Positions 11,395 through 23,014 of a stretch of DNA of 64,000 bases are shown here, piece after piece (position 1 is the first letter of the stretch; each line of letters begins with the position of its first letter). Below the pieces are notes generated by a model. It saw nothing but the letters and a program-made list of their open reading frames with translations, was not told where the DNA came from and did no database searches. The stretch is taken from the NCBI GenBank assembly GCA_023213395.1, contig CM041465.1, positions 153,829,741-153,893,740 on the forward strand, written 5' to 3'. The position numbers were made by a program, and so were the translations under genes. Source of the DNA: Cycas panzhihuaensis (taxonomy: Eukaryota > Plantae > Cycadophyta).

Positions 11395-14300
11395 ATTCCA
11401 CCTAAGAGGCCTTCGAAGGTGTCAGAGCCACAAAAGGATACTTCACCTAAGGGGAAAGAAACAAGTAGACAGAGAGCATTACAATGGTCAAAAGAGTCAA
11501 AATTGAGAAGGGCAAGAAGATTAAGTTTGCAGAATAATGAGACTAAAGGACAGTCTGTTGAAGAATTTGAGGCAAGTGGAGCCAAGAAACCTCGAGAGCA
11601 AAGAGAGGAAAACAATGGCAAACAAATGGTATTAACACCAGCCCCAATTAAGGATGACCTGTTTAGTCTAGAATATGAAGAAAAACCAAAGGTAAATAAG
11701 GAGCATAAATACACTCTAAAGAAGGAGAACAGTATACCTATGGAAGGCACCCCGAAGGACCTAAGTGATAACGAGAAGAAGGCAGAGGAAGGTTCCTCAG
11801 CGTATTGGGAAAATAAATTAATAAGGCAAAATTTTGAGGATTCATTAGATAGAGGGTCTGATCAATCATACATAATAGTTACACCATTAACATTACAAGT
11901 GTTAGGTGTGCCAGAACCTATACACCTAAAGACACCATTTAAGAATCCATTATTTGGGAAGGATAATATTGCAGCAACCACTCCAAACACACCTCCAAAA
12001 GAAAAGGGTGAAGAGGAAGAGATAGAATCCCTTGAGGAGGAACAAGGTGAAGAATCTCCATTAAGTCGAACACCAATACAGTCACCCAAGATGGATGGCC
12101 ATAGAGATTTTGAGAATTTAATCTTTAATGACACCTCAAATGCAGTCGAGCATGCATATTTATTCCAAAATTTGATTAATATAAAGAAAATCACGGATGA
12201 AGATAAAATAAAAGCCAGATTCACTCGTACATTGAGGGGAGTACCATTGGCATGGTACAAGGAGTTAAATAAGAAAGACTCATGGGCAAAGATAAAGAAA
12301 TCTTTTGATTAAAAGTTTCAGAAATTCTAAAGCTATGAAGTAGTGGGAATTGCTTTAAGGAAAATCAAACAAAGACTGGGAGAATTGGTATTAACTTATA
12401 TCAGTCGAATGAAAGTCATTACTGCTAACATGATCAATGAGACTGCGAGAGACCATAAGATGAAGAATTATTTTGTTAGTGGACTAAATGAAAATTTGAG
12501 ATCAATGATGCATGCACATCCACTGAAGTCATTCAAAAACACCTAGGATTTGGCATTAGATTTTGAAGAAAAAATGGATGCTCAAGCTGGAGGACATGAT
12601 CCCCTCCTACTAAGATTACAAGAGGAGATAAGGGAAATGAAGCAGAATCAACATAACCGACCCTTTTATCAGGTGGGAGTATTAGAAGAGGAATTAGAAG
12701 TAAAAGCTTTGAGGAAGGAAGTAGCAAGATTAAAAATGAGAAATAATAAAGAGGAAGAAGCGACAAAGAAGAAAAAGGACTGCAAATTCAAAGTTGATAA
12801 ATGGTGCCACATTTGTGAAGAGAGTTCACACATAATAAAAGAGTTTGAAATCAATCCAAAGAATAGTGAAATGCACTAGAAAGACAAATGGTGCCACATA
12901 TGTGATGTAGATAATCATATGACAAAGGATTGTTTTTATAACCTAAGACGAAGATCATACAGAGGATGAGGTAGGGGAAGAGGAGGCAACCCACCTCGAA
13001 ATGTATACATGATAAGGAGTATGGGAGAATCATCAAGGAAGAAATAACCAATGGGGAGATGCCTTATATATTTACAATTTAGACATTGGAAATCAGAATG
13101 TATAACTAAGCAGGAATATGAACAAAAATTGTTTGTATGCAACAACTGTGGACCAAGTGAGTACAAAATAAAAGATTTCAAAGGAAAAGCTAAGGCTACC
13201 AATTTAATAACAATCATAACGGAAAGCAAAAATATAAAACTTCAAAAGAAGAAAAAGGAGAATGAGGAAGAGGGGTATCCAAACCCATAAACAAAGATAA
13301 GTTGATTCTGACAAGCAAAACAAGTGTTAGAGGAACTAGCTCAGACAGAGACTATGCTGCCGATGGGGAAATCTGAAACCAAGCACATGTATGTGAGGAA
13401 AAATAAATAAAAAGAGAAAGAAAATTTACAGGAAAAATAAGAAATACAACCCCAAGTGGTACAAATGGAAGAATTATTCAAAGGATTACAAGCAGAGGAT
13501 ATTCTAGGAATATTGTTATTGATGGAGAATCTGGTGAAGCAATTGTAATTAACCATTCCTCTATGCCAAGTAATCAACTGGATTAAAGAAGGAATATTAC
13601 AATGAAAAATCACCAAGAGTCTGAAGAAAGTGATGCCCTCATTCGACATGGATCCCATGGTGATAATTATGGTATTGGGAGAAATTTTTTTTAGGGTAAT
13701 TGTGGACGAAGGAGCAGCTGTGAATGTACTACTGAACTCGACATGGTGGAAGTTGGGGAGTTTGAAGCTGGAAGCAACAACTTATTTGTTGAAACTAGCC
13801 AATGATTTATTGGTATGACCCATGGGAAAACTAGCCAACATCAAGGTGGATATAGCATGAACTGTCATAAAGATCGATTTTATGATTGTGGAAAAAGAGA
13901 GAGGTGCAACTCCTTATCCAGCCTTATTGGGGAGACCATGACTATATAAAACCCAATGTCTCCAAAGCTAGAAAGACGTAACCTTCACCTTGTCAGATGG
14001 AGAGAATGAAGTGGTATCACCGATGTTAGGGAAGAATTCAATTGAAGCAATACCTGATAATGGTTCAAGTATAACCATTGCAAGTGAAGCAACAACTTCC
14101 TTGTTCGGCAAAGAAAATCTATACTATACGATCGAAGAACCCACCAAATTGATCGATCACCAAGAAGTAGAATTGACTTACTTTGGAGAAATTTATAACT
14201 CTTCAGATAATGAAAACGGGATGAAATTTGTGGACTACTAGTTGTAAGATACTTATGAAGTTACCTCTCCTTCTTATAAGTGTAACTTACTATCTAAATA

Positions 14301-17300
14301 TGTAAATAAAAACATTGATGATAATTCAAATTCTTTTAACTACATGGTAACTAACGATAACATAGTAGTTAATATAGAACTAACATAACCCTTGACCAAA
14401 ATCCCCCTAGTATACTTAGTTTTTTTCATAACTCTATAGCATCTAGTAGTAATTTCAACCTCCCTTCTACCTCAAGCGTGGGTCATCGGGTAGATCATCT
14501 ACCCCTCCCCATATTACAACCTAGGGAAGGAAGTAATATTCCTTCATCATCCTCTTTAGAAGTATACCCACCCAACAACCGATCCCTTGCAACAATTGGT
14601 GCCAAATCTGAGGAAATGAAGGGGGAATCAACAGAAAATACTTCTAGAGATTTAGGTCTAGGCAGTAGGGTAACCATCCCATAAGAGAATAACTTGGAAA
14701 CCTATACTGGATATTTTGTTAAACCTTTTTATGGAAAATAATTATATGAAATCACTCATCTAACCCATTACTTAGAGTATTGGATGGAGAACAAAAACTG
14801 GGATAAGAATCAATGGTAGATGGATCTACACTTACCTTGCGGGGAACATCTTGGTATTGGTACTTAGCTCACCAAGCCACCCTCCAGAGTTAGAAGGAGT
14901 TACAAACTGCATTTAGGATACGATTCAACTATCCTAAGCAAATGAACATTCCATTATTCCATGCGGGGAAAAACCCTAGTAAGCACATATAAAGATGTAA
15001 ATAGGAATGGACATCCCTAGATATACCAAAGAAAATCTGGCCTGGCTACTTTTATCATACCCTGAGATAAGTAGCAAAGGATTGGTTCTTAGGAAGATAA
15101 CAAAACCTGGATGTGACTTTGGGAAATCTTAAGGAATCTTTCATAAAAACTTTTGCACATTTGTTAGAAGATAAGAATATTGATAAAGTACTAAAGAATA
15201 TTAAGAGAATGAGTATGAACTTAGAACAAAGAGCTATAGAAATAAATAAAGATAAGGAAGAATCAGAGAATGAGAAAGGAGAAGAAATCCTAAGTTATCC
15301 TATGGAATTCACAGAAATCAATGTTGGGGAAGGGAAGATATAGGACACCCCTGCTCATAGAATAGGAAACAAAGAGGATATTGAAGCAACCAAATAAAAA
15401 ACAACTGAAATTAATGTGGGGAGTCAAGAGGATCCTAAAATAATACGAATTAGAGATTATTGGGACAACCAAATAATAGCAAAAACATAGTAATTGTTTA
15501 AAGAATTTCGTAATGTATTCTCATGGTCATATAAGGATTTGAAGGGAATTCCATCTGAAGTAGGGATGTATCATATTGATTTAATGGAAGGAGCGAAGTC
15601 GATAAAACAAAGATCGTATCGCATGAATCCAAAATATAAAGAAAAAATAAAAGCAAAATTGGATAAAATATTTGAAGCAGGATATATCTATGAGATCAAC
15701 TACAGTGACTGGATGAGCCCTGTAGTAGTGGTTCCTAAAAAGAATAGAAAAATATGTGTCTGTGTAGATTACAAACAACTTAATAAAGTAACGAAGAAGG
15801 ATCCCTTTCTGTTACCCTTTACGAAAGATATTTTGAAAGCCGTGGGAGGAAATGAAATATATTCCTTTACCAACAGATTTAGCGGATATAACCAAGTGTA
15901 GATTATACCAGAAGATCAAGCAAAGACTATGTTTGTTATAGAATGGGGAACATATGCCTATCGAGTAATTCCATTTGGTCTTACGAATGCTCTAGCTACA
16001 TTTCAAAGAATAGTAATCAATATATTTCATAGAATGATTCGAGAAAAAATGGCAGTATTCTTGAATGATTGGACATTATACGGGTTAATGAAAATCCACA
16101 TGGAAAACCTAGGGGAGATATTGCAAACATGCAGGGAGGATAAATTATGTTTGAATCTAGAGAAATATCCCTTCTTAGTACTATTTAGAAATCTATTAAG
16201 TCACATAGTAAGCAAGGAGGGATTGCTAATAAATCCAACTAAGGTGTCTATAATCCTATACTTTCTGATACCACTCATGTGAAGACAATTGAAAGGTTTT
16301 TTGGCTCTAATCAGATACTATAGAAAATTTATCAAGGGGTACACATGCATATCGGGACCCCTTGAGGAGTTGTTAAAGAAGAGTATTAAATGGGAGTGGA
16401 CAGAAGAACAATAATAGGCATTTGAAGCATTGAAGAAGGCCATAATATCAGCACCTATATTGCAATTTCCTGATTGGAAGAAAATATTCTATGTATACGT
16501 TGATGCCTCACTATATGCTATTGGATGCATATTGGCCCAACTAAATGATGAAAAGATAGATTATCCAATATACTTTGCAAGTTGAAAACTTACGAAAGCT
16601 GAGAAGAATTATACCATGACAGAAAGAGAAGCTGTCAGAATGGTCTATGCATTACAAAAATTCTAATACTACTTATTATCAAATCCATTCATATTCTTTA
16701 TGGACCATCAAGCACTTATATACCTTGTGAATAATGAGAGGGAAAATTAGTAGATGGATAATGTTGTTTCAAGAATTCTCTTTTAAAATTATTGTGAAAC
16801 TAGGAAAAGATCATATCATACCTAACCAGTTGTTAAGAATTCTAAATGGGGAAAAGGCCACAAGAGTGCCAGATGATTTTCTAGACGTTGCATTGTTTAA
16901 TGTAGAGGCAGTTCCAATAGACTGGTATGAGGGGATACCAAAATACTTAGTAACTGGGGAGATACCACCAGAATTGGACCACACAGAACGATGAAATTTT
17001 GTCAAAAAAGTAGAGCCATATCAACTGATAAAAGGAGAATTATATAAATTAGGACCAGATGAGGTATTGTGGCAGTGCATCAGGCCACATGAGGTTAATC
17101 AAATTATGGCCCAAATACATGAAGGTGTAGCAGGTTGACACATGGGGAAGTTAGCAACTTGGAGGAAAATCTTGATGTCTGGTTTCTCGTGGCCATCGAT
17201 GTTCAAGGATATAAGGAAATAGATACAAGCATGCAACCATTATCAAAGAGTTGGGAAACCTAATCGGCATGATTTCCAACCACTACACCCCATCTTACCA

Positions 17301-18173
17301 TTAGCTCCATTCGAAAAGTGGGGGCTAAACTTCATTAGACCAATCAAACCAGCGGCCCGATGATCTAAAACTCGATATATTCTAGTGGCGACCAATTACA
17401 TGACCAAGTGGGTAGAAGCAAGAGCCCTAAGAAAAGCAGATTCTGAGAGTACATCCTGATTCCTTTATGAAGTGATTATTACGCGATTTGGTTACCCTCT
17501 AGAGACTGTAAGTGATCAAGAGGCCCATTTTCTCAATCAAACCATAGAGGTGTTAACATCAACTTTCATGATAACTCATTCGAAATCTACACTATATTAC
17601 CCAAGGGTAAATGGGCAAGTAAAAAGTTCGAACAAAATTATTGAGAATTGTTTGAGGAAAATATATGATGTAGGGAGATCTGATTAGGCTGAGAAACTGC
17701 CATCAGTGTTGTGGGCTTTCTGAACAATGTATAAAAGATCAATTGGACAGATATTATTCCAGCTGGTTTACGAAATAGAAGCCATTCTTCCAATTGAGTT
17801 TGAGATACCGAGCCTGAGAACCGCTATGCAATGTCGATTAGATGATTTCCAATCCTTATGACATAGATTGGAAGAATTGGTGCGATTGGAAGAAAAGAGA
17901 TATATGGTCAAATGGTTACAAGACATAGAGAAAAGACAGCAAAAGGCGTGGCATGACCGACATCTATACAAACCATAATTTAAAGAAGGTGATCAAGTTC
18001 TGCTCTATAACAACAAATTCAGGCTGCACCCCAACAAGCTCAAAATGCGATGGTTAAGACCTTACATTGCAGAATAAATTTTTGAAAATGGGTCAGTATA
18101 ATTACGGGAAATAGATGAACCACTACTACCAACCCGAGTGAATAGTAGCCGACTAAAACCTTACGTCGAGTAA
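11395..18173 (+). pseudogene. Gypsy gag-pol polyprotein, disrupted by stops and frameshifts
   Basis: (I)PPKR start; FTRTLRGVPLAWY (gag); CCHC knuckles 12800-13180; IVDEGAAVNV (protease); SPVVVVPKK..VCVDYKQLN, IPFGLTNA, VFLNDW (RT); VDASLYAIG (RH); PFEKWGL, SDQ, YYPRVNGQ, WLRPY (INT). Confidence 0.95.
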
Positions 18174-18426
18174 GAGACACTATCGGCCAGATTAGTTAGT
18201 TGTATCATAGTGTGTTGCATGAAGTTGAGGCAAATGAAATTGACTTGATACCAGAACGTGATTCAGTTTGGTATGTAACATAAAATACAAAAAAAAAATA
18301 AAAAACAAAAATAACAACCGTAACTTATATCATATATATAAGCAATAAGGAAAGAAGGATATATACCATGACAAGAAAAGCCAAGACAAAAGAATCCTAC
18401 TAAAAAATCAGTTTCGTCTTACAGAA

Positions 18427-18725
18427 TACACTATACGTACCGAAAAAGTATGTTACCAGGTATACATTGTGTAGAATAAGTCAAAATATACTATACATAC
18501 CAAAAACATATATTACCAGGTACATACTATTTAAAGTAAGTTAAAAATATACTATACGTACCAGAAAAGTACGCTATGATGTATGCATAGTTAAAAAATT
18601 GAATAAGTTAACCAAATTACACTATACGTACCTAAAAGGTATGTAGTTAAGTAGGCATAAAATAAAAGAGCCAAATAAGACAAACTTATATAATATGTAC
18701 CTACAAGCATTCCAGCATAGTACAC
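18427..18725 (+). repeat. Tandem array of ~60-70 bp units (4-5 copies) downstream of pol
   Basis: TA[C/T]ACTATAC[G/A]TACC..AAAA.GTA[T/C]G at ~18427, 18487, 18548, 18618, weaker at ~18688. Confidence 0.85.
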
Positions 18726-18929
18726 ATTAGAAAACAGCAGACGATTCAACTCAAATTCTCAGCAGAAAAAAGCCAATAGGAACCCTTATGAGCCAGGGAG
18801 GCAGGAGGACAAAATTCAACACAAGTTATATAAATACTTCAAGAAAACAATGACCATTCCAAAATAGGTACATACGTAGGGTTTGTATTGGTACTCCTTC
18901 ATTATTTTCAGCTCTATTTTTAGAATTCC

Positions 18930-20041
18930 ATAGCCTGTCATAATAAGAACAATAGGTTACCAAGAGACCTTCCTACCCAATCTAAAGAAAGATCTAGATG
19001 CCTTACCTTCCTAATTTCAGGCTAAAGTCAAGCAGACTAGTTGGGGAGAGTACATATAATGTAACCCCATTTATTGTAACCAAGAAATTATAGAAAACAT
19101 CTTACTGGAGCTTAAAAAAGACATAAAGAAAATTAAATTAGATGCAAAAATATTTCATTGATAACGAGACTTCCAAATGAAGGAGAAGTTCCCATGGATA
19201 CTAAAAGGTCAAAAGTAGACCATGAGATTTGGCTGAGGGAATTCTGCCAATAAAACACTTAGGTTAGTTCAGGAGGAATTCAGTTGGTGGACATAAAGGA
19301 TGCCAGGTTGAAATGGGTAGCCAAAGTCTTAATTTAAGGTTTTTATCAAAAAGGAAGTACACATATATTCTAGGAGGAATGATGCCGATATTACCAAGAA
19401 TATGGGATGGAGAAAAGCTGGATTGGTTAGAATTTTTAGCAGTTAACATGAGACAGTAAATCCAAGAAATAATGACACACCCTTTTCATCACCCTTCCTT
19501 ATTATTAGCTGTCTTATTTTATCAATGTCAAAGTGTGCAACTAATAAAAATAACTATTTCTCCTAGAGAGCCACTTATAAAACAATGGGTGACTGAGTTT
19601 CTAGACACTACTCAGGATCAAGAATTGAGAAAAAAGATTCAAAAGTAAATGACCAAAGTTTTCAAATAGTTACAACAAACCCCCGGGATACCAATTCCTC
19701 ATCGGGCTAAACAAACAATCCAGAAAAGCAACAAAAGGAAGAAAGATAAAAAAGAACCTAAAGAGGAGGAAGAAGTGGAGCCTTTCTTGGAAGAATGGAC
19801 AAATTTTTTTACAATAATGGAGACAGGAGAAACATCAGTGCCACCTCTATCAGATAATAAATTATAGTAGATCATCCAGTTAATTAAAGAAATGGAAGAA
19901 GGGTACAAAGCAGAGATAGTTGCCCTTCAAGAAAAAATCAAAGAAAATGATGTGATAATCGCCACACTTACCCAAATAAATGAAGAAATCTTGGCCACAA
20001 AAGACTCATCGGCAGAACAGAGGTTGTGGAAGCAGCCTTGA
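18930..20041 (+). pseudogene. Decayed additional ORF between pol and the 3' LTR
   Basis: Protein-like segments LKKDLDALPS..VKQTSWGEYI, RIWDGEKLDWLEFLA, and a heptad-rich end IKEMEEGYKAEIVALQEKIKENDVIIATL..KQP*. Confidence 0.6.
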
Positions 20042-20125
20042 GAAAGGGAGGGGGAGGAATACCCTAAAATTTTAATTTTTTGTTGAGTAAGGATGCTCAA
20101 ACCCATCATGTTGACTCAGGATAAA

Positions 20126-20971
20126 TGTTGGGGCATAATTTAACATGCTAGGCTATGAAGAAAACCAGAAATTGGCTGTGTAACCTTGGATGTGTAGGTA
20201 CGGATCGTATGGAGGTATGCATGTGGCAGAAAAGTAGAAAAAATAGCATCTTAGGTATGTATGACAGGTGTGTACCTAAAAATGTACGCAACACAGTATA
20301 TGTACCTCTGGCAGTACACAAGCAAACAGAGAAGGTACGCATGGTAGGACGAGACAAATGGATACCTAGGATGATGTTAGATGTACGTATAGAAGTACGG
20401 ATGGTTAGAGACAACAGTTAAGGAAGTTAACTAAGGGTTAACAAAAGGGTATGCTTATGACTGAAAAGGTATGATTATGACAAGGAGTCATAACCCTTCA
20501 GCCAAAAGACACCAAGGAGGCATATTTAAGAGACTTTATAAGGATCATTTGGCTAGGGGTGAGAGCCAAATATTAAGACATTCAATGGTACAGAAGCTAG
20601 TATGTATGACAGTAGCCTAAAGCAGTGTATGATGTTGTGTACCGTGTGGGTACACATGTGATAGTAATAGTATATGTGATTTGAATGCATAGGGAATGTA
20701 TTCCAACACCTTGTGTACAAAGACTTATTACTTAATAAAAAAAGAGTTACATGGAAATTGTTGATTCTCTACGTTTTATGAAGATTGGATGCTGAATATG
20801 TGTTAATTATTGTATTATTGTGTGCAAACTATGATATAATTATGTGGAATTGTTAATAAATCTATGTGATCTATGTGGATTATTATGTTGACTGTATCCT
20901 AGACTAGACTACCTGTGTTACCTTGACAAGTGTACTGATCTCATAAGTGGTGTGAAATCATAAAGTCAACA
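20126..20971 (+). repeat. 3' LTR of nested Gypsy
   Basis: Same length and termini as the 5' LTR. Confidence 0.95.
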
Positions 20972-21329
20972 CAGATAGTAGTTAAACCTATATTTAGGAT
21001 TCTCCTTACCTTGAGTTTTCCTTATACCTTCTTTTAAAAGACTTTAAGGTTTCTCAAGGAAAGTTGGTCCTTCTCTCATATTTTTATAAGACAAATGATT
21101 ATTTTAGTAAGCTTAAGATTAAGAGTTCAAGTAGTTCAACCTTTGATTAGAGTGAAAAATTCTCTTTGAATAAGGAATAATAGGAAATATGCATCAATGT
21201 AATTTCTTTTAGAATGGAAATAGTGTAATGTTTAAAAAATTGTGCCATGGATGACTAAGGATCCTTTAGTCTTAGGCAACCATCTTCTTGATATACTTAA
21301 TAAGACTTGGGACTTATATATCAAAAATT

Positions 21330-21860
21330 TCTCGTAGATAGTTCAGTAACCATATAAAAATATTTGGAGCAATTTTTCTTATTGAGTAAAGCTTTTAATA
21401 TTATCAATATAGATGTTGTTGTTGAAATGTTTGTTCACTCTTTAGAAGGCCATATGTATGAATGATTTTAAAACTTGCCTAATGGCTTTATTACTAACTA
21501 GCAAGGTTTAATAAGAGATTTCAAACCTAGGTATTCTAAACTAAAATCAAATGTATCTTTAATAAAGGTATTGTTAATTATAATGAGGGGTTTAGGGGAA
21601 ATTTATTTCCTCTTTTATTGCTCATTTTAAGGGATTATCCAAACCTATATCCCTTGTTTAAAGGGCAAGAGATAACACACAATTGGAATGGCTTTTAGAT
21701 GGATTAGATTATGAGACTAAAATGATGTTAATGTTTGGGTTTCCATAGATAATTTCTCAAGTAAAGATGATGGTCTTAAATATTGAAATAATCTTAAAGA
21801 AAGTTGATAAAAGTACTTTCCACCTTATGGTAAAATTAAAGAAGAAGACCCAAATAGTAC
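21330..21860 (+). pseudogene. Gypsy-type gag (Retrotrans_gag) remnant of the outer element
   Basis: DVVVEMFVHSLEGHMYE*F*NLPNGFITN*QGLIRDFKPRY fits the consensus FxxSLxGxAxxWFxxLPxxSIxxWxxLxxxF. Confidence 0.7.
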
Positions 21861-23014
21861 TTAAGAATATTAATGATTAAACTTAGGATTTACTAAGAAA
21901 CTAAAAGATGAAGTACAATATTTAAAAATTCAAGCTATTGGAGAGGAGTTTCAAATTACATATGTATGTAGGAGGCCTAAGTAAGGGATGAACAATGAAA
22001 AGTGGGAAATTAAGTTTGATACCAAGATAATGGTTGAGCATCTCTATTTAGAAGTTATATCTTAATGAAATAAAATCTAAGGATATAAGCATTGATATTT
22101 TATTATTATCTCATGATTTAATTTCTCCTTCAATCGATATGATGCACCTTACTCATGATAAATAAATATTAATTTTAGATAATGATATTAATTGGAAAAC
22201 ACACCAAGGTTATGAGCTTATCTTGCCTTCCATCCAAGAATGTTGGGATTTGACTAGTTTAATAGTTATTAATGAATATGATCAAGTACATTAAAAGATA
22301 AAGGTTTTAGACATTAACCTTGACCTAGACTTAATACAATATGAAACTTATCAAGTTTATAATAGGTAACTTAGCCTAAAATTGATATTTGATTCATGTG
22401 ATGCATAAGGCAATGAGGTTTTTCAACAAGAACCTTTAAAAGTAGTAACTCAATAAATGTAAAGAGATAATGAGATCATGTCAACTAGACTAAAGAAGGG
22501 AAGGGTAAAACTTATGGGAAATAATTTAGTCATGCTATAGAAAGTTTATGGCCTTATAGTTTGACCCTTACTTACAAGACATGAAGCTTTGCTTTAAGGT
22601 TTATTTCTTCCCTAGGGCTTCTGATAGAAAGAAGTATTTTTTATAATTAAAGTCTTAACCTAAACTCTTAGCTAAATAATTCTTATATAAAAAGAGGTAT
22701 TTCCTTTATCTCCTAGTGCACAAGAAAGGAATCCTTCTACCTCATTATATCATCATCATAACAAGCAAATGATTCTCAATCAAAGTTATGCAAAGGATAA
22801 TAAATCCTACTTTGAAGTAGTAGTGGTCTAATATAAAGATGTTTATTATTCTTGTAAATGGGCAATATCTTGATCATTTAGAATTTTGGATATTTTTCTA
22901 TTTTGTACATAGTTTCTTTTCTTGTGAATAAGTGGAGCACTTATGCATTTAGTGAAAGTAGAATAAAGTATTTCTTTAAATCACCCATTAGAGGTGGCTC
23001 AAATTAAAGAGGCA

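Larger units (their letters stand above)
10409..20971 (+). mobile_element. Full-length Ty3/Gypsy LTR retrotransposon (non-chromovirus, Athila/Tat-related), nested
   Basis: 846-bp LTRs 10409-11254 and 20126-20971 (TGTTG...CAACA). TSD caaat/cagat. PBS at 11256. Order gag-PR-RT-RH-INT, no chromodomain seen, extra 3' ORF. Confidence 0.96.
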
